From Actinomycetales bacterium (GTDB taxonomy: Bacteria; Actinomycetota; Actinomycetes; Actinomycetales; Microbacteriaceae): a stretch of DNA of 64,000 nt. Shown here piece by piece: positions 23,449 to 34,433 of the stretch; positions within the stretch are counted from its first letter, which is position 1; every line of letters begins with the position of its first letter. A program made the translations under genes and the position numbers. The stretch spans positions 4,301 through 68,300 of the forward strand of contig JAGWTM010000001.1 of assembly GCA_028868975.1 (NCBI GenBank), given 5' to 3'. The notes beneath the pieces were generated by a model, which made no database searches, had not been told where the DNA came from, and saw nothing but the letters and a program-made list of their open reading frames with translations.

Positions 23449-25839
23449 CTACCCGCCCGCACCGACACCGACCTCGAGTGAACCGGAAGGTGTCGAGGCT
23501 ATCGCGACGGAGCCAGCCTCATCCGTTCGATAGATTCGTGTTCCCGCCCTCGCCAACGCGGCGAGCGCCTTTTTTGTCGGATGCCCGTATGAGTTCCCTG
23601 CGCCAACACTTATCAGAGCAATCGATGCCCGCAGTTCCTCGTAAAGTTCTGGGTAAAAGTCGGCAGAGCCATGGTGGGCTACCTTCAAGACCAGAGGATG
23701 CGCTCTGGCTTGGGCCACGAGAGCTGGATTCTGCTGAACGATACGCATCTGCCCCTTCTCCCCCAGGTCAGCCAGCGTGAGTAAGTTCATTTCGCTGGAT
23801 TCCCAAAGCATGCCGATGCTCCCGTCATTGGAGTCTTCGGCTTCGCTAGCAGTTCTGGATGGGGTTAGAACGCTCCAGGTGAAAGTTCCTAACGAACCGG
23901 ATAAGCCGGTTTCGGCGAGCACGATTCGAGCGCCCGTTGCTATGGCGGCAGCTTTGATGAAATCGGCCGTCGGTCTTTGGTCAGGCCAAGGTGTCTCCAT
24001 GATTGTGCGAACCCTGTGATTTTCGGTAACCCCTTGAATACCTCCGACGTGATCCATGTCAAAGTGGGTCAAAACTAATAGTTCGATTTCGTGAACGTTG
24101 AGTCGATCCAGACAAATTTGGATCGGTTTGGGGTCGCGCCCCACATCGATAACAGCTACTCGCCCCTGCGAGCGCAAGACAAGCGCGTCGCCTTGACCCA
24201 CGTCGCAAGCCACCACGGACCAGCGGGTATTGGGCCATCCGATAGCGCTGATTGGGCGAATGAGGACACCCGAGAGACTCACGGCCGCCGCTACCGATAG
24301 CACTGACCAAGCCCAGTTTCTTCGTCGAGGGGAAAGCAGCAACCAGGAAATCGACAGACAGATGGCCGTTGCGAGCAGGATGCCCCAGGCGCCGGATAGC
24401 CATGGTGTTTGGCTCATAGGAAAAGCGGCAAGGGTCTTTGCGACCCCTTCGATGATCGCGGCTGGCAACGAACCGAGCCAATTGAGCCCAACAGCAACCG
24501 GGGGCAGCCAAAAGAAACAAACTGCGGCCAGCCCTAAGACGGTGATAGGTGCGACCAGCGGTTCCGAGAGCAAGTTCGCCACAACTGTGTAGGTTGGCAG
24601 ATAGCCGCTCAACGCCAGGATTAGCGGCAGACTGAGAATTTGCGCCGATAAGACAACGCCCGCGCCTGAGCTAAGCCAATTCGGCAAGGATGCGCCGAAA
24701 AACCGCAAATCGGCAATTCGGTCGGTCATTGGCCTTGACAGCAGAACGAGCCCAAGGGTTGCCGTAACAGAGAGCGCGAAGCCGAAATCCGCTGCCAGCC
24801 AGGGGTCAAATAAGAGCAGGATGACGATGGCGAGCCCAAGCGCATCCAGAGGGTTGATCCTCCTCCCCAGCGACTTCACCCAGAGCACGGTGGTAAGCAT
24901 GACTGCCGCGCGCAGCACCGAGGGCTGCTGACCAACCAAAAGCACGTAACCGACCAGAGCCACGAGCGCTGCCGCGGTTCGCGATGCACGATTCAGCCGT
25001 GTGCGTGACAGCCCCAGCCAGACCAAGCCGATAACTATCGCGCAATTGGCCCCGGAAACCGCGTTCAGATGCGTGAGCCCGGTTACCTGCATCGATTCGA
25101 TTAGTTCTTGACTAATCAGACTCGTGTCGCCGATGGCGAGTCCCATCACCAAACCCGCAGCGTCAGGTGTCAACCCGGCATTGGTCTGACGGTACCTCTG
25201 ATGCAGTTCTGACAACCAGCGGTAACCAACTGACCGTGCCGTCGAATGCACCTCGGTCAGTTTGGCCTCAAAAGCTGCCCTGGCTCGCAGCGTCGGCTTC
25301 AAAAATGCTGTCGCACTAATTTGCTGCCCCGCAGCTAACCTTGGCGCGTGCTCCAAGACTGACCACGATGCTACTCCGCGCGGTTCGCATTCGAGGGGCA
25401 CCAGGACATTCCAGACCGGCAATTTCAAGCACTCAATTGCCTTGTTGTCCAGACGCGACAACTTGACGTTGGCTCGATAAACACCGTTCTGAAGTTTTGG
25501 TTCGTCTAAAACGGTAAGGCCCGCCTCAGAGGATGAAAAATAGGACTTCGCACCCATTTCGCGCACTGCTAGCTGATTCACTCCCGCTTGCAGTGCAAAT
25601 GAAGCGAAAATTCCGGCCAAGCTGAGCAAGGTCAGAAGAGTCAGCCGCGGTGAAACCCAAAACCAAGTCAATGTCAGCGCCAGTAAGACCAAAACACCCG
25701 CCACGACGACCGCTAAATCGGAGCCGAACAGAGCACCCAGAACGGTCAACCAAGCCGCCATGGCAATGAATACCATCGGATGCCGACCGATGAGCCTGCC
25801 CAGGGCGACAGTGCTCAAACTCGGAGTCTTGCGGATCAA
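23449..25839 (-). CDS. comEC: ComEC/Rec2 DNA internalization channel with C-terminal metallo-beta-lactamase domain
   Basis: 796-aa polytopic membrane protein with C-terminal VACDVGQGDA...LTHFDMDHVGG...VAHHGS motifs. Confidence 0.85.
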   Translation of the reverse strand: MIRKTPSLSTVALGRLIGRHPMVFIAMAAWLTVLGALFGSDLAVVVAGVLVLLALTLTWFWVSPRLTLLTLLSLAGIFASFALQAGVNQLAVREMGAKSYFSSSEAGLTVLDEPKLQNGVYRANVKLSRLDNKAIECLKLPVWNVLVPLECEPRGVASWSVLEHAPRLAAGQQISATAFLKPTLRARAAFEAKLTEVHSTARSVGYRWLSELHQRYRQTNAGLTPDAAGLVMGLAIGDTSLISQELIESMQVTGLTHLNAVSGANCAIVIGLVWLGLSRTRLNRASRTAAALVALVGYVLLVGQQPSVLRAAVMLTTVLWVKSLGRRINPLDALGLAIVILLLFDPWLAADFGFALSVTATLGLVLLSRPMTDRIADLRFFGASLPNWLSSGAGVVLSAQILSLPLILALSGYLPTYTVVANLLSEPLVAPITVLGLAAVCFFWLPPVAVGLNWLGSLPAAIIEGVAKTLAAFPMSQTPWLSGAWGILLATAICLSISWLLLSPRRRNWAWSVLSVAAAVSLSGVLIRPISAIGWPNTRWSVVACDVGQGDALVLRSQGRVAVIDVGRDPKPIQICLDRLNVHEIELLVLTHFDMDHVGGIQGVTENHRVRTIMETPWPDQRPTADFIKAAAIATGARIVLAETGLSGSLGTFTWSVLTPSRTASEAEDSNDGSIGMLWESSEMNLLTLADLGEKGQMRIVQQNPALVAQARAHPLVLKVAHHGSADFYPELYEELRASIALISVGAGNSYGHPTKKALAALARAGTRIYRTDEAGSVAIASTPSGSLEVGVGAGG

Positions 25840-26492
25840 AGGCTTACCCGATCTTTGATGGCCGCAAACATTTTGTCGCCGAAGCCAGCGACTTTGAGTA
25901 GGTCCTCCTTGACCTTGAAACCCCCGTTAGCGGTTCTCCAATCAATAACTCGTTGGGCCAATGCCGGCCCCACTCTGGGCAAAGACTCAAGTTCAGAAAC
26001 GGTCGCTCGGTTTAAGCTAATGCGACTTCCCGGCACGGCTCCGGACTGACCAGTTGTCGCCACCGCACCGACATAGGACGCTGAGCCGGCACCCGAACGA
26101 TCCAAGACAAAGACCTGTTCGCCATCTGTCAGGGTGCGAGCAAGGTTGACGCTGCCCTGATCAGCCAACCGAGTGAAACCACCGGCGAGGGTGATGAGAT
26201 CTACCAGTCGAGCACCTGACTCGAGCAGGTACAGCCCAGGTGAACGCACCGCACCCACCACGTGGACATACATCTCGGGCAACTTAACCGCTGGTGCTTC
26301 CGACGGGTTGGATGTAACCGATTCAGGGTTGATCACCTCCTTGCCGCGAGCAGCCGAAAGCGAATTTGTGCCGATCAGCGTCAGTACACCTAATAAACCC
26401 ACAAAAAGCATCAACCAAGGTCGCTTGCTCGCGAAATCGCGAATCAAGACCAGGGAGCGGCTGGTCAGCCCGGGTCGCTTGGCTGAATGCAT
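25836..26492 (-). CDS. comEA: ComEA-type DNA receptor (SLBB plus helix-hairpin-helix)
   Basis: 218-aa ORF with an N-terminal TM anchor and a C-terminal HhH motif (ISLNRATVSELESLPRVGPALAQRVIDWR). Confidence 0.8.
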   Translation of the reverse strand: MHSAKRPGLTSRSLVLIRDFASKRPWLMLFVGLLGVLTLIGTNSLSAARGKEVINPESVTSNPSEAPAVKLPEMYVHVVGAVRSPGLYLLESGARLVDLITLAGGFTRLADQGSVNLARTLTDGEQVFVLDRSGAGSASYVGAVATTGQSGAVPGSRISLNRATVSELESLPRVGPALAQRVIDWRTANGGFKVKEDLLKVAGFGDKMFAAIKDRVSL

Positions 26493-26493
26493 T

Positions 26494-26530
26494 CAGAAAA
26501 ACTAAACCGCCCCAAACAGTTTGGAGCGGT
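26494..26530 (-). terminator. intrinsic terminator downstream of leuS
   Basis: On the minus strand, ACCGCTCCAAA-ctg-TTTGGGGCGGT forms 11 bp with one G-U pair, followed by TTAGTTTTTCTG. Confidence 0.6.
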
Positions 26531-26555
26531 CCAGTCTCTGACTGTGCAGAAAGGT

Positions 26556-29027
26556 CTACTTAGTGGCGATGTTGACCAATTTAGGCGCACGCACGATCAC
26601 GTTGGCAATTTGCCGGTCACCGATTGCTCGCTTGGTGTTCTCGCTCGATAGAGCGAGTTCCCGCAGCTCATCCTCGGAGATTTCGAGTGAGACCTCGAGT
26701 TTGTCTCGAAGTTTTCCGTCGACTTGAATCACCGCAACGGTTGAACTCTCAACCAGCAAAGACGAGTCAGCTTCTTGCAAGCCGGCGAGCGCAACACCTG
26801 GTTCGTGGCCGAGCATCGACCACATTTCTTCGGCGGTGTATGGCGCAAACAGCGAAAGTGCCTTAGCGACGACTTCGGCACCCTCGCGAACGGCAGGGTC
26901 AGCCCCTCCGACTGAACCGTCGATTGCCTTTCGCAGGGCATTCACCAGTTCCATAATCTTGGCAACGCCGACGTTGAACTTGAAGCTCTCGATTGATGGC
27001 GCAAAATCACGAAGGAAAGTGTGGGTAGCTTTACGGAGTTCCGCGTTGCCTGCGACCACATTCACTCCAGGAGCCGATGTGACATCCTTAGCGATTCGCC
27101 AGGCGCGAGCGAGGAATTTTGCCGAGCCGGCAGGTGAAACATCTGCCCAGTCGATGTCGTCCTCTGGTGGGCCGGCGAAAGCCATGGTCAAACGAATGGC
27201 ATCCACTCCGTGCTCATCCAGCTGATCGCTGAGTTTGACCAGATTGCCTCTAGATTTCGACATAGCCGACCCGTTCATCAGAACCATGCCCTGATTTAGA
27301 AGTCGGGTAAATGGCTCTTCGAAGTCGACGAAGCCAAGGTCGTGCAGCACCTTGGTGAAGAAACGCGCGTACAACAGGTGAAGAATCGCGTGGGTAACAC
27401 CACCGACGTACTGATCGACCGGCGCCCATTCCTTGGCGGCCTCCACTGGGAAAGCCTCGGTGGTTGAGTTAGGTGAAAGGTAACGCAGGAAGTACCAGGA
27501 TGAGTCCACGAAGGTGTCCATGGTGTCGCTGTCGCGCTGGGCTGGAGCGCCGCAGTTCGGGCAAGGTACGTTCAGCCAGTCGGTAGCACCTCCGAGTGGA
27601 GACTTGCCTTTCGGAGCGAGATCCAGACCTTCTGCACTCGGCAGTTCAATCGGCAACTGGTCTTCGGGCACTGGCACTTCGCCACAATTTGCGCAGTGGA
27701 TGATTGGAATCGGCGTGCCCCAGTAGCGCTGGCGCGAAATCAGCCAGTCACGCAAACGGAAGTTCTTGGCCGCCTTGCCCTTGCCTCTTGACGCAAGCAA
27801 TTCGATCATGCGAGCGATTGCCTCGCCCTTGTGCAGACCATTGAGCTCGCCCGAATTGGTTAGGACGCCGTCTCCGGTGGTGGGCTGACCGGTGACCGCT
27901 GGATCGCCTTCACCCGTGTCTACCACCATGCGAACCGGCAGGTTCATGGCTTTTGCAAAATCAAAGTCGCGCTGGTCGTGGGCCGGCACCGCCATGATTG
28001 CGCCGTGACCATAGTCGGCCAGCACATAGTCGGAGGCCCAAATTGGCAGGCGCTCGTCGTTCACAGGGTTGATTGCGTAGGCGCCAAGGAAGACACCGGT
28101 TTTTGGTCGATCGGTAGCCAATCGCTCAATGTCATTCGACTGTTTGACCTTTTCCAGGTATGCGTCAAACGCAGCTTTAGTCTCTGAGTCGGCCTTTTGG
28201 GCAAGCTCGGCGGCGAGCGAGCTGTCGGCTGCAACAACCATGAAGGTTGCGCCGAAGAGGGTGTCCGGACGGGTTGTGAATACGGTTACTGGCTCTTGGC
28301 GACCTTCGATCAGGAATTCGACATCGGCTCCCTGTGAGCGCCCAATCCAGTTGCGCTGCATCTGCAGCACCTTCGAAGGCCAGTTGCCCTCGAGCGTGTC
28401 CAGATCATCGAGGAGACGATCTGCGTAATCGGTCACCTTGAAGTACCACTGGGTCAGCGCCTTCTTGGTAACTACGCTGTCACAGCGTTCGCAAAGACCC
28501 TGGACGACCTGCTCATTTGCCAAAACCGTTTGACAGCTAGGGCACCAGTTGACGTTCGAATTCTTGCGGTAGGCCAATCCCTTTTTGTAAAACTGCAGGA
28601 ACAACCACTGGTTCCAGCGGTAGTAGATCGGATCGCTGGTTACCAGGACTCGGTCCCAGTCAAATGAACACGCGTAGCGACGCATTGAAGAGCGCTGCTG
28701 AGCAATGTTGTCGTAAGTCCAGCCCTTTGGATCCAGGCCGCGTTTGATGGCTGCATTCTCGGCAGGAAGACCGAAGGAGTCCCAACCAATTGGGTGCATG
28801 ACATTGAAACCTTTTTGCACCCAGTAGCGCGAGATTACGTCTCCAAGCGCGTACGCCTCGGCGTGACCCATGTGAAGGTCGCCCGAAGGATACGGAAACA
28901 TGTCGAGGACATACTTCTTTGGCCGACTGTCGTCAGGGTTGCCTGAAGCAAACGGACGCAGCTCATCCCAAATTGGGAGCCACTTCTCTTGGATAGCTTG
29001 AATGTCGTAGGAGATTTCCTCGGTCAT
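26556..29027 (-). CDS. leuS: leucine--tRNA ligase
   Basis: HIGH-type motif [11 protein letters not shown] and KMSKS-type motif SKSRGN. I chose the ATG at 29027; a GTG two codons upstream (29033) is also possible. Confidence 0.95.
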   Translation of the reverse strand: MTEEISYDIQAIQEKWLPIWDELRPFASGNPDDSRPKKYVLDMFPYPSGDLHMGHAEAYALGDVISRYWVQKGFNVMHPIGWDSFGLPAENAAIKRGLDPKGWTYDNIAQQRSSMRRYACSFDWDRVLVTSDPIYYRWNQWLFLQFYKKGLAYRKNSNVNWCPSCQTVLANEQVVQGLCERCDSVVTKKALTQWYFKVTDYADRLLDDLDTLEGNWPSKVLQMQRNWIGRSQGADVEFLIEGRQEPVTVFTTRPDTLFGATFMVVAADSSLAAELAQKADSETKAAFDAYLEKVKQSNDIERLATDRPKTGVFLGAYAINPVNDERLPIWASDYVLADYGHGAIMAVPAHDQRDFDFAKAMNLPVRMVVDTGEGDPAVTGQPTTGDGVLTNSGELNGLHKGEAIARMIELLASRGKGKAAKNFRLRDWLISRQRYWGTPIPIIHCANCGEVPVPEDQLPIELPSAEGLDLAPKGKSPLGGATDWLNVPCPNCGAPAQRDSDTMDTFVDSSWYFLRYLSPNSTTEAFPVEAAKEWAPVDQYVGGVTHAILHLLYARFFTKVLHDLGFVDFEEPFTRLLNQGMVLMNGSAMSKSRGNLVKLSDQLDEHGVDAIRLTMAFAGPPEDDIDWADVSPAGSAKFLARAWRIAKDVTSAPGVNVVAGNAELRKATHTFLRDFAPSIESFKFNVGVAKIMELVNALRKAIDGSVGGADPAVREGAEVVAKALSLFAPYTAEEMWSMLGHEPGVALAGLQEADSSLLVESSTVAVIQVDGKLRDKLEVSLEISEDELRELALSSENTKRAIGDRQIANVIVRAPKLVNIATK

Positions 29028-29056
29028 TCTCACAAGATTACCCGATTACCGCCTAT

Positions 29057-30418
29057 TTACTGGTTCAGCCAAGGGTCGGACGCCCCAAGCGCGCGCAGTA
29101 GTGCCTTGGCTTTGATTCGAGTTTCTTCAAGCTCAGCCACTGGGTCACTGTCGCTTGTGATGCCTCCGCCAACACCAATCGTTACCGAGCCATCGTGAAA
29201 AACCATGGTTCGAATGGTCATCCCCCAGTCAGCGGCTCCGTCTATGCCCTGCCAGCCGATAATTCCTGAGTAGATTCCTCGGTTGCCCAGTTCGAGATCT
29301 TGAATGATTTCAACCGCGCGAGCCTTCGGAGCACCAGTCATCGAGCCGCCGGGGAAGGCTGCCTCGAGCGCATCCACAGCCGATTTGCCTTCGGTTAGCT
29401 GACCGCGAATGGTGCTGACCAGTTGATGCACCGTTGCATAGCTCTCAACATCGAACAAAATTGGAACCGCAATCGAATCTGGGTCACACACCCTCGCCAG
29501 ATCATTGCGCATCAGGTCCACAATCATCAGGTTTTCAGCCCGCTCCTTGGTGTTGCCGCGGAGTTCTTCGGCCACCTCGAGGTCGCGCTCAGGCTCAATT
29601 TGACCCAGTTCATTTCTGGCTCTGGGGCGGGTGCCCTTGATCGGTTTGGTAGTCACTAAGCCAGCCGCCGAAATGCCCAGAAACTGCTCCGGAGACGAAC
29701 TAACGATCTCGATAACGCTGCCATCTGGGCGTGCCAGTCTCAAAAATGCCGCGTATGGGGCGGGACTCGCTTCTCGAAGATTGTTGAATGTGGCAAAGGC
29801 ATCTGCCTGCGTTTCGACTCGGAGTTCGTTGGTGAGGCAAAGCTGGTAGACATCACCAGCCGCAATGTGCTCCTGCGCTTTAGCAATCAAATCAAGGTAT
29901 GCCTTTGGCGCGTGCCGAAGTCTTGCAGGGGCAGGTTCGGTTTTCAAACTCAGGTGTCGGTGCTGGTGAGCGGCCAATGTGCCGCCCACCAGAGCCAATC
30001 TCAGAAGGGCTGCATGGTGCCAGTGGTCGAACGCTTCGCGGTCTTGAAAAAAGCCGACAAACAGCATTTGCCGCGTTGTGTGATCAAAAACCATGGCTCG
30101 ATCAACCTGCATGAATGCTGCCGAACCTTCGAATTCGAGGAGCCCGACCAGGCCTGGCCGCCAGTCAAAAGGAAGTTCGCGGGCATTCTGATCGGCCGGC
30201 TCTATTTCGACCGAGGCCTCCAGTTGCGAACGCATCCACGGGTATGCGCTCTCCGAATCCAGCCAAAAAGTTTGCGCGGCACCACCGACCACGCTGAAAC
30301 GCTGGGTGGGGTGATGTTCGCGGTCGAGCCAAAAGACATTGGATTCGTGAAGATGCAGTTGCGCGAAGGCGTCCGCAGGGTTAACCCAACCGGCCAGCGC
30401 CGACGCAAACAGTCGCAT
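29057..30418 (-). CDS. pabB: aminodeoxychorismate synthase component I (chorismate-binding enzyme; anthranilate synthase family)
   Basis: 453-aa ORF with C-terminal chorismate-binding motifs (FPGGSMTGAPKARA, RGIYSGIIGW). A divergent class IV aminotransferase next door favours PabB over TrpE. Confidence 0.7.
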   Translation of the reverse strand: MRLFASALAGWVNPADAFAQLHLHESNVFWLDREHHPTQRFSVVGGAAQTFWLDSESAYPWMRSQLEASVEIEPADQNARELPFDWRPGLVGLLEFEGSAAFMQVDRAMVFDHTTRQMLFVGFFQDREAFDHWHHAALLRLALVGGTLAAHQHRHLSLKTEPAPARLRHAPKAYLDLIAKAQEHIAAGDVYQLCLTNELRVETQADAFATFNNLREASPAPYAAFLRLARPDGSVIEIVSSSPEQFLGISAAGLVTTKPIKGTRPRARNELGQIEPERDLEVAEELRGNTKERAENLMIVDLMRNDLARVCDPDSIAVPILFDVESYATVHQLVSTIRGQLTEGKSAVDALEAAFPGGSMTGAPKARAVEIIQDLELGNRGIYSGIIGWQGIDGAADWGMTIRTMVFHDGSVTIGVGGGITSDSDPVAELEETRIKAKALLRALGASDPWLNQ

Positions 30419-30475
30419 ACGAATAGATTAGACGCACGGCAGGTTGGGTTTTTTCGGCTCGAATGGAGGCAACGG

Positions 30476-31276
30476 ATGGATTTCGGTACTTTCTACCAGT
30501 TCGTTGACGGGCAGCTCATTCAGGTTGCCGAAAATGCCGAGGTCGAACTAGCCGTTGCGGATTCATGGCTGGTTGAGGACTCAGCTGTTCGCAATCAGAG
30601 ACTTCATTTCAATCGGTTTCTCGAGGCTTGCTTGGTGCAGCCACTGGCTCCAAGCGAAGAAACATTTGAAGCCTTCTTTCATGCTGTTCTCGCTCAGATT
30701 CCAAGTACGGGTCGTTGGTTTCCAAGAATCGAGTTCCACGCAGAAAAAGCCGATCCACTGTTCCTTAAGTTGCGCGAGGCTCCTGCCCAATTGGGAAATG
30801 CCGTACTTTGGACGCTGTTGGAGCCGGACCCCCGCTCGAGCCCAACCATCAAGGGACCAGACCTTAGCCTTTGCATGCAACTAAGGCGCAAGGCGCAAAT
30901 GCACGGAGCAGATGAGGCCGTCCTGCTCGGTGTTCATGGCGATGTTGCGGAAGGCGCTCTGAGTTCATTGGTTTGGTGGCAAGGCAACATTCTCTGCGCG
31001 CCAGATGACTCAACAGAGTGGCTTGACAGCGTGACTCGAAGAGAAGTCTTAGAAATTGCGTCTCAACTCGGAGTCGAAACCAAGTTGGTGCGCTCCAAGC
31101 CACTTGACCTTGTTGATTGTGAGGTTTGGCTTCTCAGTTCGCTTCATGGAATCCGACCTGTGGAACGATGGCTGCACAATCACGGTGAAATCGAACTCTC
31201 GAAGCAGACCATCGAGTCTGTCAAGCGACTCGAGTCTTTTCGACTACGACTGAAGATGTTGTCAACGAGGCCATAG
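30476..31276 (+). CDS. class IV aminotransferase fold protein, probable aminodeoxychorismate lyase (PabC-like)
   Basis: I chose the ATG at 30476, which has a GGAGG SD. The track ORF starting at 29867 is an open antisense frame across pabB. The call rests on divergent pairing with pabB and on size (266 aa). Confidence 0.55.
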   Translation: MDFGTFYQFVDGQLIQVAENAEVELAVADSWLVEDSAVRNQRLHFNRFLEACLVQPLAPSEETFEAFFHAVLAQIPSTGRWFPRIEFHAEKADPLFLKLREAPAQLGNAVLWTLLEPDPRSSPTIKGPDLSLCMQLRRKAQMHGADEAVLLGVHGDVAEGALSSLVWWQGNILCAPDDSTEWLDSVTRREVLEIASQLGVETKLVRSKPLDLVDCEVWLLSSLHGIRPVERWLHNHGEIELSKQTIESVKRLESFRLRLKMLSTRP

Positions 31277-32894
31277 CGGCATCGTGACTGATCAAGATCA
31301 CGGCAACTCGAGCTTGCTCGGCGACTAACATCAACTCCCGCAACGTCTCCTGAGCGGTTGCCGCATCCAAACTCGCTGTCGGTTCGTCAAGAATAAGGAG
31401 TTCGAATTTCGCCAATAGGGCTCGCGCCATCGCGAGCCGAGCCGCCTCGCCACCGGAAAGTAACACTGCGCGCTCACCCACAAACAGATCAAGACCACCT
31501 CGGGACTCGAGCATCGACCACAACCCGACTCTTTGCAACACTGCCACCAGCTCGTCATCGGATGCGCCTGGCTTCGCAAGCCAAAGATTCTGTCGAACAG
31601 TGCCAGAGAAAATCGCTGGTTGTTGCTCAATCAAACCCACGATTGCCCGGACCGATTCGATTGAATAATCGGATGCGTTGCGACCGTTGAAAAGCAACTT
31701 CCCAGCGCTAGGTTCAAGGAATCGCAATACTAAATTCGCAATCGTGCTTTTGCCGACGCCAGACTCGCCGCAAATTAAGATTCGCTGGCCGGCAACGATT
31801 TCAAAGTTGAGGTTACTTAATACCGGCTGCTCAGCGCCTGGATATCTTGCGGCGATGTCAATGAATTCGAGCTTCTCAAACACGCTCAAGCCAGATTTCG
31901 CCACTCCTGCGATCGACTGCTCATCGGGAACCTCGGCTGGCAATTCTGCATCCAAGATTTCAAGCACTCGCCCTGCCGACGCACGATACCTCTGCCACGA
32001 TTGGGCAACGGCCTGGCAGCCGTTCAAAACATCAAAAACAGCCATCGGCAACAACGCAAATACAGCTAGGAGCACCCCGGGCTGCGCACCAGATGCGACG
32101 GAATTTGCACCGAACCAAGCGGTAGCGCAAGTTGCCCACGTACCCAGTAAGACGAATCCGCCTTGCACAATTCCTAATGTGATTGAACTTCTCTTCTGTT
32201 TTACAACTAGGCGCTTCTCTATCTCGCTAAGTTCCTGCAGAGCAGGTTCAGCCCAACCGTAGGCGGCCAAGACCTCGGCGTTTTCAATAAGTTCAAGGCT
32301 ACGCTCAGCCAGGGTTGCGCGATCGATCACAACACCGGAGTCAGAGTTCTGAGCGAGGCGAGTTGCCAGTGGAACAGCAAGCATGTACGCAAGCAAACAA
32401 GCGACCAGCAAAGCGAACCCGGCAGCTGGAGAAAGCAGCGCCAAGAATACAGCGGCAATCAGGGAAACGATTACCGACTGCACCAAAGGCGAAATCACTC
32501 TCAGCGAGAGGTTTTGGAGTTCATCCACATCGCTTACAACGCGTTGGACAGCCTGGCCTCGAGAATCGCGACTCATAGCTGCAGGAGCAAACGGAATCAG
32601 GCTTGCCAACAGTCGCGGACGGTAAGTGGTTAGCAAATTGAACGCGGCATTGTGCAAGACCATTCGCTCGCCATATCTAAATGCTGCACGACCAACGGCG
32701 AACGCGCGAACACCAACCACAGCGATTGACACAAAGACGATGTTTGGCTGCTCACTGGCTCGCGAAATAAGCCAGGCCGAAGTGGCCAGTAGTGCCACAG
32801 CACTCAGCCCCTGCAGCACCGAAATCAGGATTCCTATAACGAACCCAGTCGTTCTCGGCAAACCCAGCGTCAGCAAACTTCGAATCTTCATCAC
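31221..32894 (-). CDS. cydC: thiol reductant ABC exporter subunit CydC
   Basis: 557-aa ORF with an N-terminal 6-TM domain, Walker A GESGVGKST, signature LSGGEAARL and LILDEPT. It follows cydD, with its start overlapping the cydD stop. Confidence 0.8.
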   Translation of the reverse strand: MMKIRSLLTLGLPRTTGFVIGILISVLQGLSAVALLATSAWLISRASEQPNIVFVSIAVVGVRAFAVGRAAFRYGERMVLHNAAFNLLTTYRPRLLASLIPFAPAAMSRDSRGQAVQRVVSDVDELQNLSLRVISPLVQSVIVSLIAAVFLALLSPAAGFALLVACLLAYMLAVPLATRLAQNSDSGVVIDRATLAERSLELIENAEVLAAYGWAEPALQELSEIEKRLVVKQKRSSITLGIVQGGFVLLGTWATCATAWFGANSVASGAQPGVLLAVFALLPMAVFDVLNGCQAVAQSWQRYRASAGRVLEILDAELPAEVPDEQSIAGVAKSGLSVFEKLEFIDIAARYPGAEQPVLSNLNFEIVAGQRILICGESGVGKSTIANLVLRFLEPSAGKLLFNGRNASDYSIESVRAIVGLIEQQPAIFSGTVRQNLWLAKPGASDDELVAVLQRVGLWSMLESRGGLDLFVGERAVLLSGGEAARLAMARALLAKFELLILDEPTASLDAATAQETLRELMLVAEQARVAVILISHDAAMASLTTSSVVVEKTRVA

Positions 32895-34408
32895 GGCTTA
32901 CCGATCTCAATTACTAGATCGGCAGCTTCGGCTAGTAGATCTTGATGGCTAACGGCGCACACGGCAAAACCCTCTCGAGCGAGTGCGCGAAGCCCCTCAA
33001 CAACTATCTGGGCTCGAGAGGCATCTATGGACGAAATCGGTTCGTCGAGCAGCACAAAACGAGACCTTCGAGCTAGCGCTCTATAGACAGCTCGAGCAAG
33101 TGCGATTCGCTGCCTTTGACCCCCTGATATTGCTGCTCCAGATTCCCCTACCTCAGAGTCAAAGTCCAGGTCGTCCAGCGCACTGAGCCTCATTGCTCGC
33201 TCGAGCTTCACAGGATCGAAACTTCCAATTTTGGAGTCAGAGGCGCCGACGATGTTTGTCAGCACAGTTGCCGAAAAGAGATTGGTCTGCTGTGGCATCC
33301 ATGCAACTTCGTGTGGTTCCAATGTGGCTCTCCAGCGCCTAAGTTGGGTTGATTTTCCGGAACCGGACGGGCCGACCAACACGGTCAACTTTCCTGGTTG
33401 AGGGATTTCAAGACCACCGACCGCGTCCGCTTGCACGGTGCCGACATGATTAGCCGCGGCAATCGCATCCAAGACCGCACCGCTCGCCTGCACACCCTCG
33501 GCCGCAGCATGAAAATTGGCACCGACCATTCGCAGCGGCAAATATGCTTCGGGCGCGAGCAACAAAATGAAAAGGCCTGTTGATAGCGCGATAGACCCAT
33601 CCATTAGCCTGAAGCCGATTGAGACCGCTATGAGTGCGACTGAAAGCGATGCCGCCAACTCGAGGGCAAAACCACTCAGGAATGACACCGAAAGCACCTT
33701 CATGGTGCGCTTGCGATACTCCTCACCCACTTTGGCCAGTGTTTCGACCTGAGCCCATTCACGCCTGAATATCTTGAGTGTCGTTAGCCCTCGCAGCACC
33801 TCGATAAAGTGTTGACTCAAGCGCGTGAGCGAATTTAGCTGGCGTTGCTGCACGGTCCGCGTGGCCCAGCCGATCATCACCATGAACAATGGAATCAAAG
33901 GCATCGTCGCCACCAATATCACGCCCGAAAGCCAATCGACGTTCCAGATGACTAGCACGAAAATCGGGGTTACGAGAGCGGTGAACACCAGTTGCGGCAG
34001 GTACTTAGCGAAGTATGCGTCAAGCGAGTCGAGGCCACGGTTCGCCAAGGTGTGACGCGCGGCAGTCGAATCTTCGACGGTGCGGCCAGCCACATCCAAT
34101 TTCAAGATTGCTGCGAAGTATTTGCCGCGTAGTTCGGCTCGCGACGCACATGCTGCTCGGGCAGCCCAGACTTCTTGCAGCCACAAGGCGCCGGCCTTGA
34201 CCAGACCAGCCGAAGCAACCCAAATCAGCGCATCGATAACCTCGGCGGGAGCTATGTGAGATACAAAAACCGAGGTGACAAATCTGGTCAGCTGCCAAGC
34301 AATAACCAGCGTTGATAACACCCCGAGCGTGGCAAGAGCGACCACGCCGGCTATGAACCAGCGGGCCGCCCCTGCTTCACGCAGTAGTCGGGGATCAAGC
34401 GGTTTCAT
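32891..34408 (-). CDS. cydD: thiol reductant ABC exporter subunit CydD
   Basis: 505-aa ORF with Walker A GPSGSGKST, signature ISGGQRQRIALAR and LLDEP. It lies immediately downstream of cydB. Confidence 0.8.
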   Translation of the reverse strand: MKPLDPRLLREAGAARWFIAGVVALATLGVLSTLVIAWQLTRFVTSVFVSHIAPAEVIDALIWVASAGLVKAGALWLQEVWAARAACASRAELRGKYFAAILKLDVAGRTVEDSTAARHTLANRGLDSLDAYFAKYLPQLVFTALVTPIFVLVIWNVDWLSGVILVATMPLIPLFMVMIGWATRTVQQRQLNSLTRLSQHFIEVLRGLTTLKIFRREWAQVETLAKVGEEYRKRTMKVLSVSFLSGFALELAASLSVALIAVSIGFRLMDGSIALSTGLFILLLAPEAYLPLRMVGANFHAAAEGVQASGAVLDAIAAANHVGTVQADAVGGLEIPQPGKLTVLVGPSGSGKSTQLRRWRATLEPHEVAWMPQQTNLFSATVLTNIVGASDSKIGSFDPVKLERAMRLSALDDLDFDSEVGESGAAISGGQRQRIALARAVYRALARRSRFVLLDEPISSIDASRAQIVVEGLRALAREGFAVCAVSHQDLLAEAADLVIEIGKP

Positions 34409-34433
34409 AAACAGAAACCTATCCGACGGCTAC

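Noticed and set aside
29867-30475. N-terminal 203 codons of the 469-aa plus-strand ORF (track 29867-31276)
   Set aside because: This part is simply an open frame antisense to pabB. A good GGAGG-ATG start exists at 30476, just past the divergent pabB start, giving a 266-aa protein of normal size for a class IV aminotransferase.
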